Positions 10,601 through 21,900 of a stretch of DNA of 40,322 nucleotides are shown here, piece after piece. The DNA is from Fonticula alba ATCC 38817. Its lineage: Eukaryota; Protista; Nucleariida. The notes under the pieces are model-generated. The model was not told the DNA's origin. It ran no database searches and saw only the letters and a list, made by a program, of their open reading frames with translations. The stretch lies in NCBI GenBank assembly GCA_000388065.2, contig KB932203.1, one strand, 5' to 3'. Every line of letters begins with the position of its first letter. The stretch's first letter is position 1. A program made the translations under genes and the position numbers.

Positions 10601-13496
10601 GGCCGGCGGGACCTCAAACAGCCTGTGCCGGATCTCGTGCAAGTCGGAGGTGCGACCATGCGGCCGCGTGCCAAGCGGACCATACCTGGCCTCCCAGAAG
10701 GTGCTCGTGCTCTGGCCGGTCATCCCGGTCCAAACGGTCTCGAAGGCCGGATCGCCATGTCCGGTGGCCAAATTCAGCACCGAGAAAGATCGGAAGAGCA
10801 CACGTTGCCGGATCTCGTGCAAGTCGGAGGTGCGACCATGCGGCCGCGTGCCAAGCGGACCATACCTGGCCTCCCAGAAGGTGCTCGTGCTCTGGCCGGT
10901 CATCCCGGTCCAAACGGTCTCGAAGGCCGGATCGCCATGTCCGGTGGCCAAATTCAGCACCGAGAAGCCGTGCGGTGCGGTGACCATCGGGCGCCAGGCG
11001 AATCGCGGGTCCCTCTGCCCGACGACCGTCAGCGGCGCCAGATACAGCGCGCCCATGGAGTCGCCCAGGATCGACCAGACGGCCTGGTTGCCTGGGGGAG
11101 CGGGGTCCGGGCCGAGAGCCGGAACCGGCGGCCCAGCCTGCGGGACGGTCGGCAACACATTGATCGTCTGAATGGACACCTGGCCGGTGTCATCCTTCAC
11201 CTCGAAGGCCACATACTGCCCCAGGTAGGCGGTCACCCGGCGCTCGTCGAAGGCCCGAATGTTGTAGCAAGCCCCGGAGGAAAGCAAAATCGGCGAGCTG
11301 CTGGCGGAGGGGCAGGAGGCCCCCTGACCGCCGATGCCGCACCGCAGGATGGTGTAAAAGAGGCTGTTTTGCGAACACGAAAAAAGCACCAGCACCTGGG
11401 CCCCCTCATGGTTGAAGGGGCCCAATTCCACCAGGGACGTGGTGGTCGCGTGCGGCAGGGGGGCCCACACCAGTGGCAGAGGCTCGACATCGGAGGTCGA
11501 CCCGACTGGCTCGATGTCCCGCCCATTGAACCAGGCCACCTGTCCGGTGGAGAGCATGGCAAAGTAGTGGTACTCGGCCGGGGGAAAGGCCATCGGCAGA
11601 TGCAGCACGCCCTCCTTGACCATGATCGACGTCCGGGCCAGGCCGACGATCGACAGGGTCACATCTGCCGGCGGGGTGGCCGGCTGAAGCTGGAACTGGA
11701 TGGCCGGCTTGGCGGTCTCCCCCATGCAGTGATCCATCCCAGCCCGGGTGCCTTCCGGGCAGGTGGCCACACACCGGGTGGTCTGGCCCTCGGTCAGGAG
11801 AAGCAAATCCCCCCCGCAGGCCAGGCAGGTATCGCCGATGCAGGCGTCGCAGCCACTCGGACAGGCGACGCACTCGAAGACTACACCGCACCAGGGCCAG
11901 GGTCAGTTACAGGAGGACGGGTCTTCTGGCGCGGAAGAGCAAAAGCAGCCCCCCCCCCCCCCCGCCCCTTGGCCCGGATGGAGGGAAGTATCTGCCGGCC
12001 CCCAGACCAGGCCCGGCGCCATGCATTGGCCGCCGGGCAAGTGGCGCACCATTGGGGTCCTGCCCGTCAGGCTGGAGGAAGTAGCCGGCCGGGCAGCCGG
12101 AGCACAGGCGATTCGGCAGGCGCATGGGCGACAAGACCTGGCCGGGGATGCATGTCCAACCCTCGGGCGAGGTGGCGCCCAGCCGGCCGGGGACCATCGG
12201 ATCACAGGTGATCGAGTGGTCGACGGCACACTTGAATTGCTCCGGAGTGTACAGCCCCCGCAGGCCGTCGGTCATGATCCACTGGTTGAGCGAGCCACTG
12301 AAGAAGGCCTGCACGGTTGTCGCATCCGACGAGGAGGGCAGGGCCACCGGCTGCCAGGTGATCGGGCTCCCGAAGGACACCCGCCAGAGGGCCGGCCGGG
12401 AGGTGACACGGGCATCGGCGGCGCCCGGCACGGTGGCCCCGGCGGCGCTCGGCGGCGAATGGTCCAGGTACAGCACCCACCCGACCGGCGACCGGGTGTC
12501 GGTGGAGGGCACATGCACGATGCGCCCATCGTTCGACACCTCGGCCGGCAGAGTCCCAGCATAGACCGCGGTGTCGGAGTCAATTTCCTCATCGAAGTTG
12601 AGCAGCACCAGGAAGGACCGGTCATCGAAGAGCACCAGCACATCCTCACGCCGGGCGCTCGTGGCGAGGACGCGCGTGGCGGCGAAGTCCACGATCTGAC
12701 ACGAGGGCATGGCTTGGAGAACCAGGTCCAGGCTGCCGGAGGACCCCCGGGTCACGGTGTACAGGGCGGAGTTGACCCAGGCGAAGATGACCCGGCCAGC
12801 CCCGGCGCGGAAGTGCCCGGCCGCGGTCAGCGGTGCCTCAATGGCGAATGTGCGCGGCGAGCCATTGTCATACTCCACCAGGCGATGCTGCCCGGAGGCG
12901 TCCCGCGCCACCAGGAAGGGGTCCGATGAGCGGAAGGATATCGCCACCGGCCAGAGCCCCGGGCCATAGCTCAAGGCCCGCGAGTCGTGGGTGATCGTCA
13001 GGTCGGAGTTGGTGCGCAGCATGAAGGCCGGCGAGCTGTCGTAGGTGGGCAACAGCTGGACCTCCTGGCCGATGGTCTGCGTGTTTCCGAAGACCAAGGT
13101 CGAGTAGCCGAAGCTCGAGCCCCATCGGTGGTCGGGATTCAGCTGCGTGTCTAGAGAGGCTTGCTGAAAGAGAAGGACCTGGGATTGGATGAGGTTCGCT
13201 GCCAATTGGGTGCCCTGATTGCTGCCGGTGAAGTCCGCCTGGTAGGTGGGACTGTCGATGGTGCTCATGTCCGTCACGCCGCGAAGCAGGACCAGCGGCT
13301 GGGAGGACACCAGCGAGGGGACTGTGTCGACCGGCCGAGAGGAGAACGACAGGGCCCCCTGAGCGCAGGTGGTAGCAGTTGTGGGGAGGATGGACTGCGC
13401 ACGGAGGGCTCCGGCCGAAAGGGCCACCAGAGCCACCAGGGCCATCATCACCCGGCGTAGAGTCATCTTGCCGGGGCCGATCGCGCCCTTGCCCAT
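4672..13496 (-). CDS. Receptor kinase A: signal peptide, large ectodomain with many furin-like Cys-rich repeats, one TM helix, TKL-type Ser/Thr kinase. As assembled it is frameshifted near 6078 and contains assembly artefacts
   Basis: Start MGKGAIGPGKMTLRRVMMALVALVALSAGALRA at 13496 (alternative Met at 13466). CxxCxxxCxxC repeats across about 6990-10200. TM exon 6842-6730 (AIGLGVGLGLLSLLLLILVALALIYFSRRRK). Micro-exons 6552-6537 and 6388-6362. Kinase motifs GAGTQATVY, VAIK, HCDLKPGN, DLG, RYAAPE, DMYS. Stop at 4672-4674. Confidence 0.88.
5386..5403 (-). other. Illumina TruSeq adapter remnant at the junction of a 149-bp duplication (5238-5386 / 5404-5552)
   Basis: CGTGTGCTCTTCCGATCT is the reverse complement of AGATCGGAAGAGCACACG. 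Confidence 0.96.
5733..5882. repeat. 75-bp tandem duplication spanning an exon/intron junction of kinase A; possible artefact
   Basis: GCATGCACGTGGG...GATTCCCAGCAG occurs at 5733 and 5808. No adapter is visible. Confidence 0.85.
7048..8150. repeat. Arm 1 of a roughly 1.1-kb, about 99% identical inverted repeat (partner 20771-21873); coding stalk of kinase A
   Basis: Reverse complement aligned by eye to 20771-21873: no indels, about 10 substitutions. Confidence 0.95.
10343..10504. repeat. 81-bp in-frame tandem duplication (27 aa, FHCPAGGAALCRLLPGVSVPLPINFSS x2) in the kinase A ectodomain; possible artefact
   Basis: Identical copies start at 10343 and 10424. Confidence 0.85.
10787..10805 (+). 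other. Illumina TruSeq adapter remnant at the junction of a 161-bp duplication (10626-10786 / 10806-10966)
   Basis: AGATCGGAAGAGCACACGT, an exact 19-mer match to the adapter start. Confidence 0.97.
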
Positions 13497-14559
13497 GAGC
13501 CGGGGGGGGGGGGGGGGGGGGGGGNNNNNNNNNNNNNNNNNNNNNNNNNNNNNNNNNNNNNNNNNNNNNNNNNNNNNNNNNNNNNNNNNNNNNNNNNNNN
13601 NNNNNNNNNNNNNNNNNNNNNNNNNNNNNNNNNNNNNNNNNNNNNNNNNNNNNNNNNNNNNNNNNNNNNNNNNNNNNNNNNNNNNNNNNNNNNNNNNNNN
13701 NNNNNNNNNNNNNNNNNNNNNNNNNNNNNNGCGTGTGTGCGTGTGTGCCAGAGAGGCGCTGCAATTGCAGGAGGGAGGATAGGGGGGAGGGAGGGGAGAA
13801 AGAGGTGACGGGTCTGGTGGCAACCCGTCTGGCGAGGGATCGTCATGAGTGCCGGCACTCGCGGTCACTGGTCGCCACTTCGACCAGCGGCCCGACTTGT
13901 GAGCGGGGTGAGCCGGGGGACGGGGGGGCGGGGGGGGGGGAGCCAGCGGGATGGCTGCCATGCAGCACTGGCATGCGCTCGGTCTCTGCTCAGATTGCTT
14001 GATTCCTCCCGGACGGGCATGTCTGTGCACGGCGGAGAATGACACGCGAGCTTCGTGCATCGCCCGGGCCGGGATGGGGGAGGGGGGGTTACGGCCTCCC
14101 GGGCAAGGCAAGGACACGGAATTCCACCCGCAGCCCTTGCTTGGGCGTGGTGGCGCACTTCTAGACCATCGCGGCCAGCGAAAAATCCCGACCCCATGTT
14201 CGGTTGCGATTCCCCCCCCCCCCCCCCAATGCTTTTCACTACCCACTTCAGGGGTTCCCCCTGCCGAGGAAAAAAAAGGAAGGGTAAAAAAGGGGCCAGG
14301 GAAGGGGGCCGCGCGAGTGCAGGCGCAGGCGCGCCAGCGTGGGCCAGGCCCGGAGACAGCCGGCGGCCAGGGAGCCAGGTTCTTGGGGAAAAGAAAAAGG
14401 CCAGACCCCCGCTCGATGTCAGGCCGCGGAGTTGTCCGCTGGCTCATCAGAGTGGAGCGCGGGAACGCCCCTCGTGGGCGCACTTGCGCGACGGCGTGAA
14501 AAGGCCAACATCTCCCCCGTTCCCCGGGACCCGGCCCGGGCATCACATGGGAATCACGC

Positions 14560-14790
14560 CGCCATGACTCTAAATTGAGTTTATTAAATGGCCGCCACTT
14601 AAACGCCCTGTGCATGGGCACCCCTCGCATCCCGCACCCTCCCCCCGCCCGCCGAGAAAGGCCCACGGACGTCCTCCTCTGGCGCCGGGCACGCCCCGGG
14701 GCTGTTCCCGCAGGAAGGGGGCGGCCAGCGCGCTTCGGGGGGATTTTCACGCCGGGGCAAGCGGGTGGTATATTTCGCGCGCGCGCGCGC
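14560..14790. promoter_or_regulatory. AT-rich island and TATA-like element between the divergent kinase genes; candidate shared promoter
   Basis: TGACTCTAAATTGAGTTTATTAAAT and CACTTAAAC near 14565-14605, and GGTATATTTC near 14767, in otherwise very GC-rich DNA about midway between the two ATGs. Confidence 0.25.
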
Positions 14791-15928
14791 GCAACTACGA
14801 TGTGTGCCGCCGCATGAAGCAGCCCGCGTTTTGGGGCGTGCGGTGACGGCGCCCGCCCCGGCTACGCCCCTCTCGCCTTTCGCCCGGGAGGGGGGGAGGG
14901 GCAGGCCCGTTCTGCGAGGGCTCCCCCCCCCTCCTGGGGGAGTGTGCCCCGGCCAGTTGATGGCCGGTGGTTCGCGCCGGATCCCTCCCTCCGACCGGAG
15001 CCAGGGGCGTGCGAGGCCCGAGGGGCATATGTGTGGGGCCCACTAAAACGACGGCCGGGGGAGGGGGCGGCGCGGCCGGCCGGCCCCTCGGCGTTGGGGG
15101 GTCCACCGGCGCGAGGGCATCCCCGGTGAGCGACGCCGCCGGGGATCGCGGCGGGCCCCGGGGCGATGGACCCCGCACGGTTCCCATACCGCCAAGGCGG
15201 TCGCGCGACAACTCCCCCCCCCCCCCCTGGGCATCGATCAGCGCGGGCAGGCTCGTGTTTGCTCCTACGCGCAGGGCCCCCTCGTGCTGAGGCCGCATGT
15301 CCGTTGGCATCTTCGCGCCTTGTTGGCCGGCCTCGGTCGCGAGGGCGGGGGAGGGAACCGCCACGGCCGGGAGCAGCTCCCGCCCCTGTCCTCTCATGCC
15401 CACAGTCGCCGGGGTCGTCGGACAACTGGGGCTCGACCCCCAGGGGCTCGGGCCGGTTCTCCGCCCGCCCCCGATCGGGAGCCCGGCCCAAGGCGCGTGC
15501 CCGTCTCCCGGCCCAGACTGGCTCTTGTGTATGCGCATGCCCTTCGGTCGGAGCGCCGTGCTGCTCCCCTTTTCACAAGCTCCATCCCCGCCCCCCCGGC
15601 CGGCCGATGGTCAAAAGCAGGCGAGTGCGCTCGCGAACGGCGGCCCGGGCGATCTGGAGATTGCCCCTCGGGAGCGCGCGTTGTTTTCCCCCGCCCCTCG
15701 CCTGGTCCCCGTGCCGGTGGCCCCTCCCCCCTCCGGGCGCCTCACCCCAAAAGCCCACGGGCTCCCCGGTGGCCTGGCACATCCTGGCCCGATACACCTC
15801 CCTCCCCTGCCCCGTATCACTGCTGCTCCTTCTCCTCCTTCCCCTCCACCTCTATCCTCCCTTTCCTCTCGGCTCTTTCCCGCCTCCCCCCCCCCCCCCC
15901 CCCCCCCCCCCCCTTCCGGCCACTGGCG

Positions 15929-18900
15929 ATGTCGCATCCTCCCCAGCGGCGCCGGCGCGCGGCTCGACCGCCTGGCGCGGCCCTGCCCCCCGGCTACTTG
16001 CTCCAGTTCCTGGCACTGCTGGCGGCGCTGTTCCTGCCGGCCGCGCCGCGGTCGTTGGCCACCTGTGCCGATCAGATGCTGGCCGCCATGCCGGGAGTAC
16101 TGCAGCTGGAGTCCACCCTGGCCAGCGAAAGTCGCGCGCTCCTGCGCAACCCCATCCCCCTGGCGAGCATGGCTCTCGAGGAGTTTGGCGCCTTCTCCGG
16201 GGCCAACTCCTTCGACGGATCGGTGCTTGAGGAAAGCCTTTCGTTCCTCCTCGGGCAGACCGTTCAAGAGCACTTCCCCGAGGTGCGGTACGGGCATTGC
16301 ATGGCGTCGAGTCTCCCCAAGGCACACGGGGGTCGGATGAGTCGGGGCCATCCCCACTCGCGGCGGCTGCCCCAGTTGCCCGGGCAATCCCTCGCCTATC
16401 CGCTGGTGGTCACCGAGGGGGGGCTCATGTGGGCTGAGCATGTGTTTTCCCTGGACCAGCCGGTGACCGAGGTCCTGCTGGCCACGGCCACCGATCCCGA
16501 GGGGCTCTTTGCCCTGGTTCGACATGGGCAAAATGCCTACTCGTTGGTCACCCAGTCGGGCACCTGGGAGTACCAGCCACCTCCGGCGGCGGCGGCCGGC
16601 TCGATTGTCAGTGCCCAGGCCGGCGTCCAGCGCCAGGGGTACATCCACTGGTCGAGCAACAAAGTGGACACGCTCCGTCTGGTCGACGGCCAGATCGACT
16701 TTGCTCCTCTGCTGCGAGAGTCCCTCTGCCTTGTGCGCGGCATGGCCGCCACGCGCTTGGTGACGTCGGCCCCGGTTGCCGGCGGCCCGCCGGCGGCCGG
16801 TGGCCACCGCGAGGATCTCCTGGTCCTGCTGGAGGACTCGAGCCTGGTTCTGTTGCTGGGCGTCGGCCTGAATGATGGAAGCAACCTGGGCGACGCGCAG
16901 GTGGCCGGGGTTTTCACCCTGCCCAGTGGCGTCCCGGCCGGCGGGCGCCTGGTCACGGCCCCCTCGTACGCCAACAGCCACGCGGTCGGGTGGTTTCTCT
17001 ATCAGCGCGGCTCGGACTTCTGGCAAGTGGCCATCGGCCCGGACCATGCGCTGACCTGGACGCCGCTGGGGCTGCCGGTGACTTCCGGCAGCTGGGACAC
17101 CCTGCGGCCGTTCTATCATCGCCAGCTCCTCCGCTGGGTGCTGGCCACCAGCCAGCACTTGATGCTGACGGCCGAGGAGTTCGAATGCGGCCGGGACCCC
17201 ACCATTCGATGCCACCCCGACATTTCGGACGACGGGTGGGAGTGCCTTGCCTCGCGGTATGTGTCGCCGCTTTTGCAGCCGGGGCACCTTTGTGGGGGTT
17301 GTGCGCCGGGGTTCCGCCTGGCCGCGGCCCCGGCAGGCAAGCGTACGTGCGGGTCTTCATGCGCCGGGCCTTTGCTTGGGTATGGGGGCCGTCATGCGTG
17401 GCATTCCTCCCCCCCCCCTCCCCCTGGGGCGTGCCATCCTCCGGCCGGTGGGAGCGGGCCCCTGGCTGGCCACTTGCTGGGGTGCTCTCGGGCATTCCTC
17501 GCCCGGTCGAGGGCCTCGGGTGTCGCACCCGCGCACCCGCGGCCGCACGCACCTGGCCACGCGATCTCATACCCCCAGGCTCTCTCTCCCCCTTTCGCCC
17601 TTTCCTTCTCGCCCTCCCCCCGGCCATCCACCCACACAAGGGTGCCTGTCCAACTCCGCTCACACCTACACATCCCCCCCCCCCACACACACGGCGATAG
17701 TCCGCGCCTGTGTCCCGTGCATGGAGAATTGCCAAGTGTGCACCGAAAGCCACTGCCTTGTTTGCAATGACGGATACCGCCTGCTCCCCGGCACGGCGGG
17801 CGGCTTTTGCGTCGGCTCATGCGCCCAGCCGCTGGAGAACGGCCAGAAAATGTGCCACGAGCACTCGCCCGGGCATGCCCACATCACCACCGTGTCGCTC
17901 TCCGGACTCGGTCCCTCGTTCGCATTCCTGGCCTCCACCTTTCTGGAGGTCGATGCCAATGGGCAGGCCCACCTGCCGACGGCCGCCGGCATGGCCACCG
18001 CCCGGCGGAACTACCTGTTCATGTCGGATGACAGTAAGGCCTGGTGGGTCGCAGCCGCCCAGGTGGATGCGCTGGTGGAGCCGCCGCTGGAAACGTCCCT
18101 CCAGCTGGCCGGGCCCCCCTGGGCCATGCTGCCCTTCAAGCTCCTCATCGAGCTGGGGCCGTTCCTGCTGCCGGATCCGGCCCTGGGCGGCCTCCTGGTG
18201 CCGCACTTCGTGGCCTTCGCCTGCAATGACAAAATGAGCCACCTGGTGTACCGGTGCGATGCGAGCCAAAATCCCCCGCCCATGGATGGGGCCCCCGCCT
18301 GCAGGGCGGCCATCCATCGGACGGACACCAGTACCATGTGCTCGGCCCTGCGCCCGGTGGACCGGCGCCATGTCATGCTCTTCGGTGCCGGTGGGTTTCA
18401 CTTGCTCCGGGTGTCCCTCCCACCGCCGGGGGCCCCGGGCGCGGGGCCGGTGGTGTCCATGGTCCAGGTGGCGTGGGCCCAGATGGCCATGGGCATCGCC
18501 GGGGCGCCGCCCTTTGCCCAGGCGCCGGTGGCCCCGATGGCCGACGACTGGCTGCTCGTGCTGGACCGCGGCACCACGCCGGCCCTCCTGTCCATGGACT
18601 TGGTCCTGTCCGGGGACAGCCGCGTGGCGGCCACCATGCCGGCGGCCGGGCCGGCTGTGCCGTCGGCCGGGGGCATCGTCGTCACGCTGGAGACCGGCCG
18701 GGCCGGGGCCCCGATCGAGACATTCATTTGCGGGCGCCACGAGAGCACCGGCCAGTGGCTGGCCATGCACTCGCCGCAGGGCGCCGCCACGCACGGCCGC
18801 CTGCATGACCAATCCTTCGCGCACTATGAGCTCGGCATCCTGGCCGGCTCGGGGCCTTCCTCGCCGATGTTTTTGCCGCTGCGCCTGCGCTCCGGGCGCT

Positions 18901-21900
18901 TCCCCGCGGCCCTGCTGATGATCAGCGAGCAGCAGATCGGCGTGGCCGTGCTGGAATGCCCCACGGCCGATGCGGGCCAGCCATGCCGCTTGGGAAAGGC
19001 CCAGCTGATGGCCTCCCCCGTGGGCGCAAACCTCGGCAGGCCCAGCATCTCGGCGGCCATTGTTCCCCTGGCGGCCACGGGGCCCGGGCCCGGGCCCGGC
19101 GAGGCGCCCACCACCGAAGTCAGCACCTTCCTCCTGTCGGTGGCCCCGAGCCTGTCGTCCTTCTACCTGCTGCATGTGGAGACGTATGACTGCCGGCCGG
19201 GCTCCTTCGGGCCCACGTGCAGCGCTTGCCATCCCCTCTGCGCCCGGTGCTCCGGGCCCAGCCCCGGCCAGTGCACGGAATGTTGGCTGGCCACGCCCGA
19301 GGCGCCGCAAGAGTGCCTGTCCCGTTGCCCATACGGGCGCGTGGCCACCACCAAGCCGGGCGTGTGTCGGCCCTGCTCGGGGCCCTGTCTTGACTGTGCC
19401 TTTTCCCCAGACCACGGCTTCGCCCTGTGCACTGTCTGCCAATCCGACCACTACCTGGAGCTGGTCACCTATTTGACCGACGAGATGACGGGCCTGCCGC
19501 TGCCATCCGGCACGTGCGTCAGCTGCCATCCATCCTGCCAGACGTGCCTCGGCCCGGGCATGAACGCCTGTGAATCCTGCCCCGGGGGGATGGTCCTGTT
19601 TTATGGGGCCTGCCTGGCGGAGTGCGAGAGGGGCTTCTGGGACCGGGCCGGCGTGTGCCAGCCCTGCGCGAATGGCTGCGCGCATTGCCAGGACGCCAGC
19701 ACCTGCCTGCAATGCAAGGATGGCTTCTTCCGCGGCTCGGACGGTGTCTGCCTGGCCTGTGACCCGTCGTGCGAGCTTTGCGATGCCGCCGGCGCCTGCC
19801 TCGCCTGCCGGCCGGGGCTGGTGTTCCTGGAGGCGGACCCCAGCCAGCCGGGCCTTTGTGGCAGTGTCTGCGCGGCTGGGGACTTCCGCCCGGTCGAGCC
19901 CCGGCGCTGTGCCCGGTGCGGCGACTCGTGCGCCCTTTGCACCGGCGGCGCGGACAATTGCACGGTGTGCGCCACCGGGCACCGGTGGGCCAGCGGCGGC
20001 ACCGGGCCCGGGGCCTGTGTCGGCTGCCGGGCTGGCTGTGCCGTGTGCACGGCCACCCGGTGCCTGGGCTGCCGCCAGGGTCTCTGGCTGACCCCCGGCG
20101 GTGAGTGCATGGACGCGTGTCCGCCCGGGTGGTTTGCCGACGCCGGCACCGTCGATGGGACTGGCGCCGGCGGGGGCGAGTGCCAGATGTGCGATGTCGA
20201 GTGTGCCGAATGTGACCAGTCGGCCGGGCACTGCACCGCGTGCGCCCCGGGGCTGGACCTCGTCACCGACGGGGCCGGGACCACTTGCCGGTCGGGCTGC
20301 GCGCCCGGGGAGTACCGCGACCCGGTCAGCCTCGCGTGCCTTCCCTGTCATGCGGCCTGCGCCGAGTGCAATGGCCCCACCGACCGGGACTGCTGGAGTT
20401 GCGCCGGGCCGGAGGATGTCCTCCAGGGAGGCGCGTGCGTGCAGACATGCGCCGATCGCCATGTGGCCCTGGCCCAGCGGTGCCTCCCCTGCCATGCCTC
20501 GTGCGATGCCTGTGCCGGCACCCGGTCGTCCGAGTGCACGGTCTGCGGGGCGGACCTGCGCTCGCTGCCGGCGCTGGAGGACGCCACCACCGGGCGCCGG
20601 TGCGTGCCCGCCTGCCCGGTGGGCCACGCCACCACGGACACCGGGTGCCGGGCGTGCGCGGCCAACTGCGCCCAGTGCTCCGGTGGCGGCCCGTGCGACC
20701 AGTGCGCGCGTGGCTGGCTGCTGGACATGCAGGCCAGCGCGACGGACGTCTGCGTGCACACCTGCCCCGCATTGACCTTCCCCTTCGGCGGGGCCTGCTC
20801 CGTGTGCCATGGCTCGTGCGGGACGTGCTTCGGCCCGGGGCCGGACCAGTGCCTTTCCTGCACGGCGGGCACGCCATTGATGTGGGCCGGCCAGTGTGTG
20901 GCCGCCTGCCCGGCCGGTGCCTTCCGCCTGCCCGGGGAGAATGCCTGTGCCGGCTGCGACGCCCAGTGCGCCTCATGTGCCAATGGCCAGAGCACCGGCT
21001 GCACTGGCTGCCCCAGCGGGGGGCTGCTGCTCCCGTCGACGCCGGCCAGCTCGACCGGGCGGTGCATGGCCTCCTGCCCGGAGAGGCACTTCGCCCAGGC
21101 CGACCACCCGTCCGGGCCCCGGTGCGTGCCGTGCCACGCGTCGTGCGCCTCGTGCGCCGGGCCGGGGGCCAGCCAGTGTCTCGGCTGTCCCGAAGGTGCC
21201 CTGCTCCATCAGGACCACTGCCGGGCCGACTGCCCGCCAGGCTTCTTCGGGTGCCACCCGGCCCGCCAGTGCCGGGCCTGTCCGGACGGCTGCACCGCGT
21301 GCGAGCCCTTCGATGGGACGTCATGCGCATCCATGTGCACCGCCTGCGAGGACGGCCGTTTCTTGACCGCAGAGGGTCGGTGTGAGGTCTCCTGCCCGGC
21401 TGGGCAGTTCCGCCAGCCGGGCGGCCAGCTGTGCGGCCCCTGCCATGCCGACTGCCGGACATGCGAAGCATCGGCCGAGCGCTGCACCTCCTGCCCGGCG
21501 GCCGGGTGGCTGGACTACGAGTCGCGGGTTTGCCTGCAGGCCGGCTGCCCGGCGGTCTTTGCGGCGGTCACCCGGCCGGCCGACCCGGCCGGGCCTGGGC
21601 CTGACCGGGTGTGCCTGCCCTGCCCGGAGCACTGCGAGGTCTGCACGGGCGCCGCCGATGCCGAGCTGCCGGCCGGGGCGCCTGCTTGCCGGCTGCCGGC
21701 GGCCGATGGCCCCCTCTCGTGCACCCTTGTGGCCGGGTGCGACCGGTGCGTGTCCGGGCGCCTGCTGCACCGGGAGCCCGGAGCCCCGGCCAGGTGCGTT
21801 CTGGAGTGCCCGCCGGGCTTCTTCGCCGACCAGGAGGCCGCGGCCTCGGGCATCCCGGCATGCATGGCCTGCCTGAAGGGGTGTGCGGCCTGTGACGGTC

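Noticed and set aside
10626-10966. In-frame 60-aa tandem repeat in the kinase A ectodomain
   Set aside because: The spacer between the copies is adapter sequence, and the in-frame length is coincidental.
17817-20810. Long alternative-frame and antisense ORFs over both kinase genes (997, 619, 570 aa and others)
   Set aside because: Expected from stop-codon scarcity at high GC. The ORFs through N runs are not real either.
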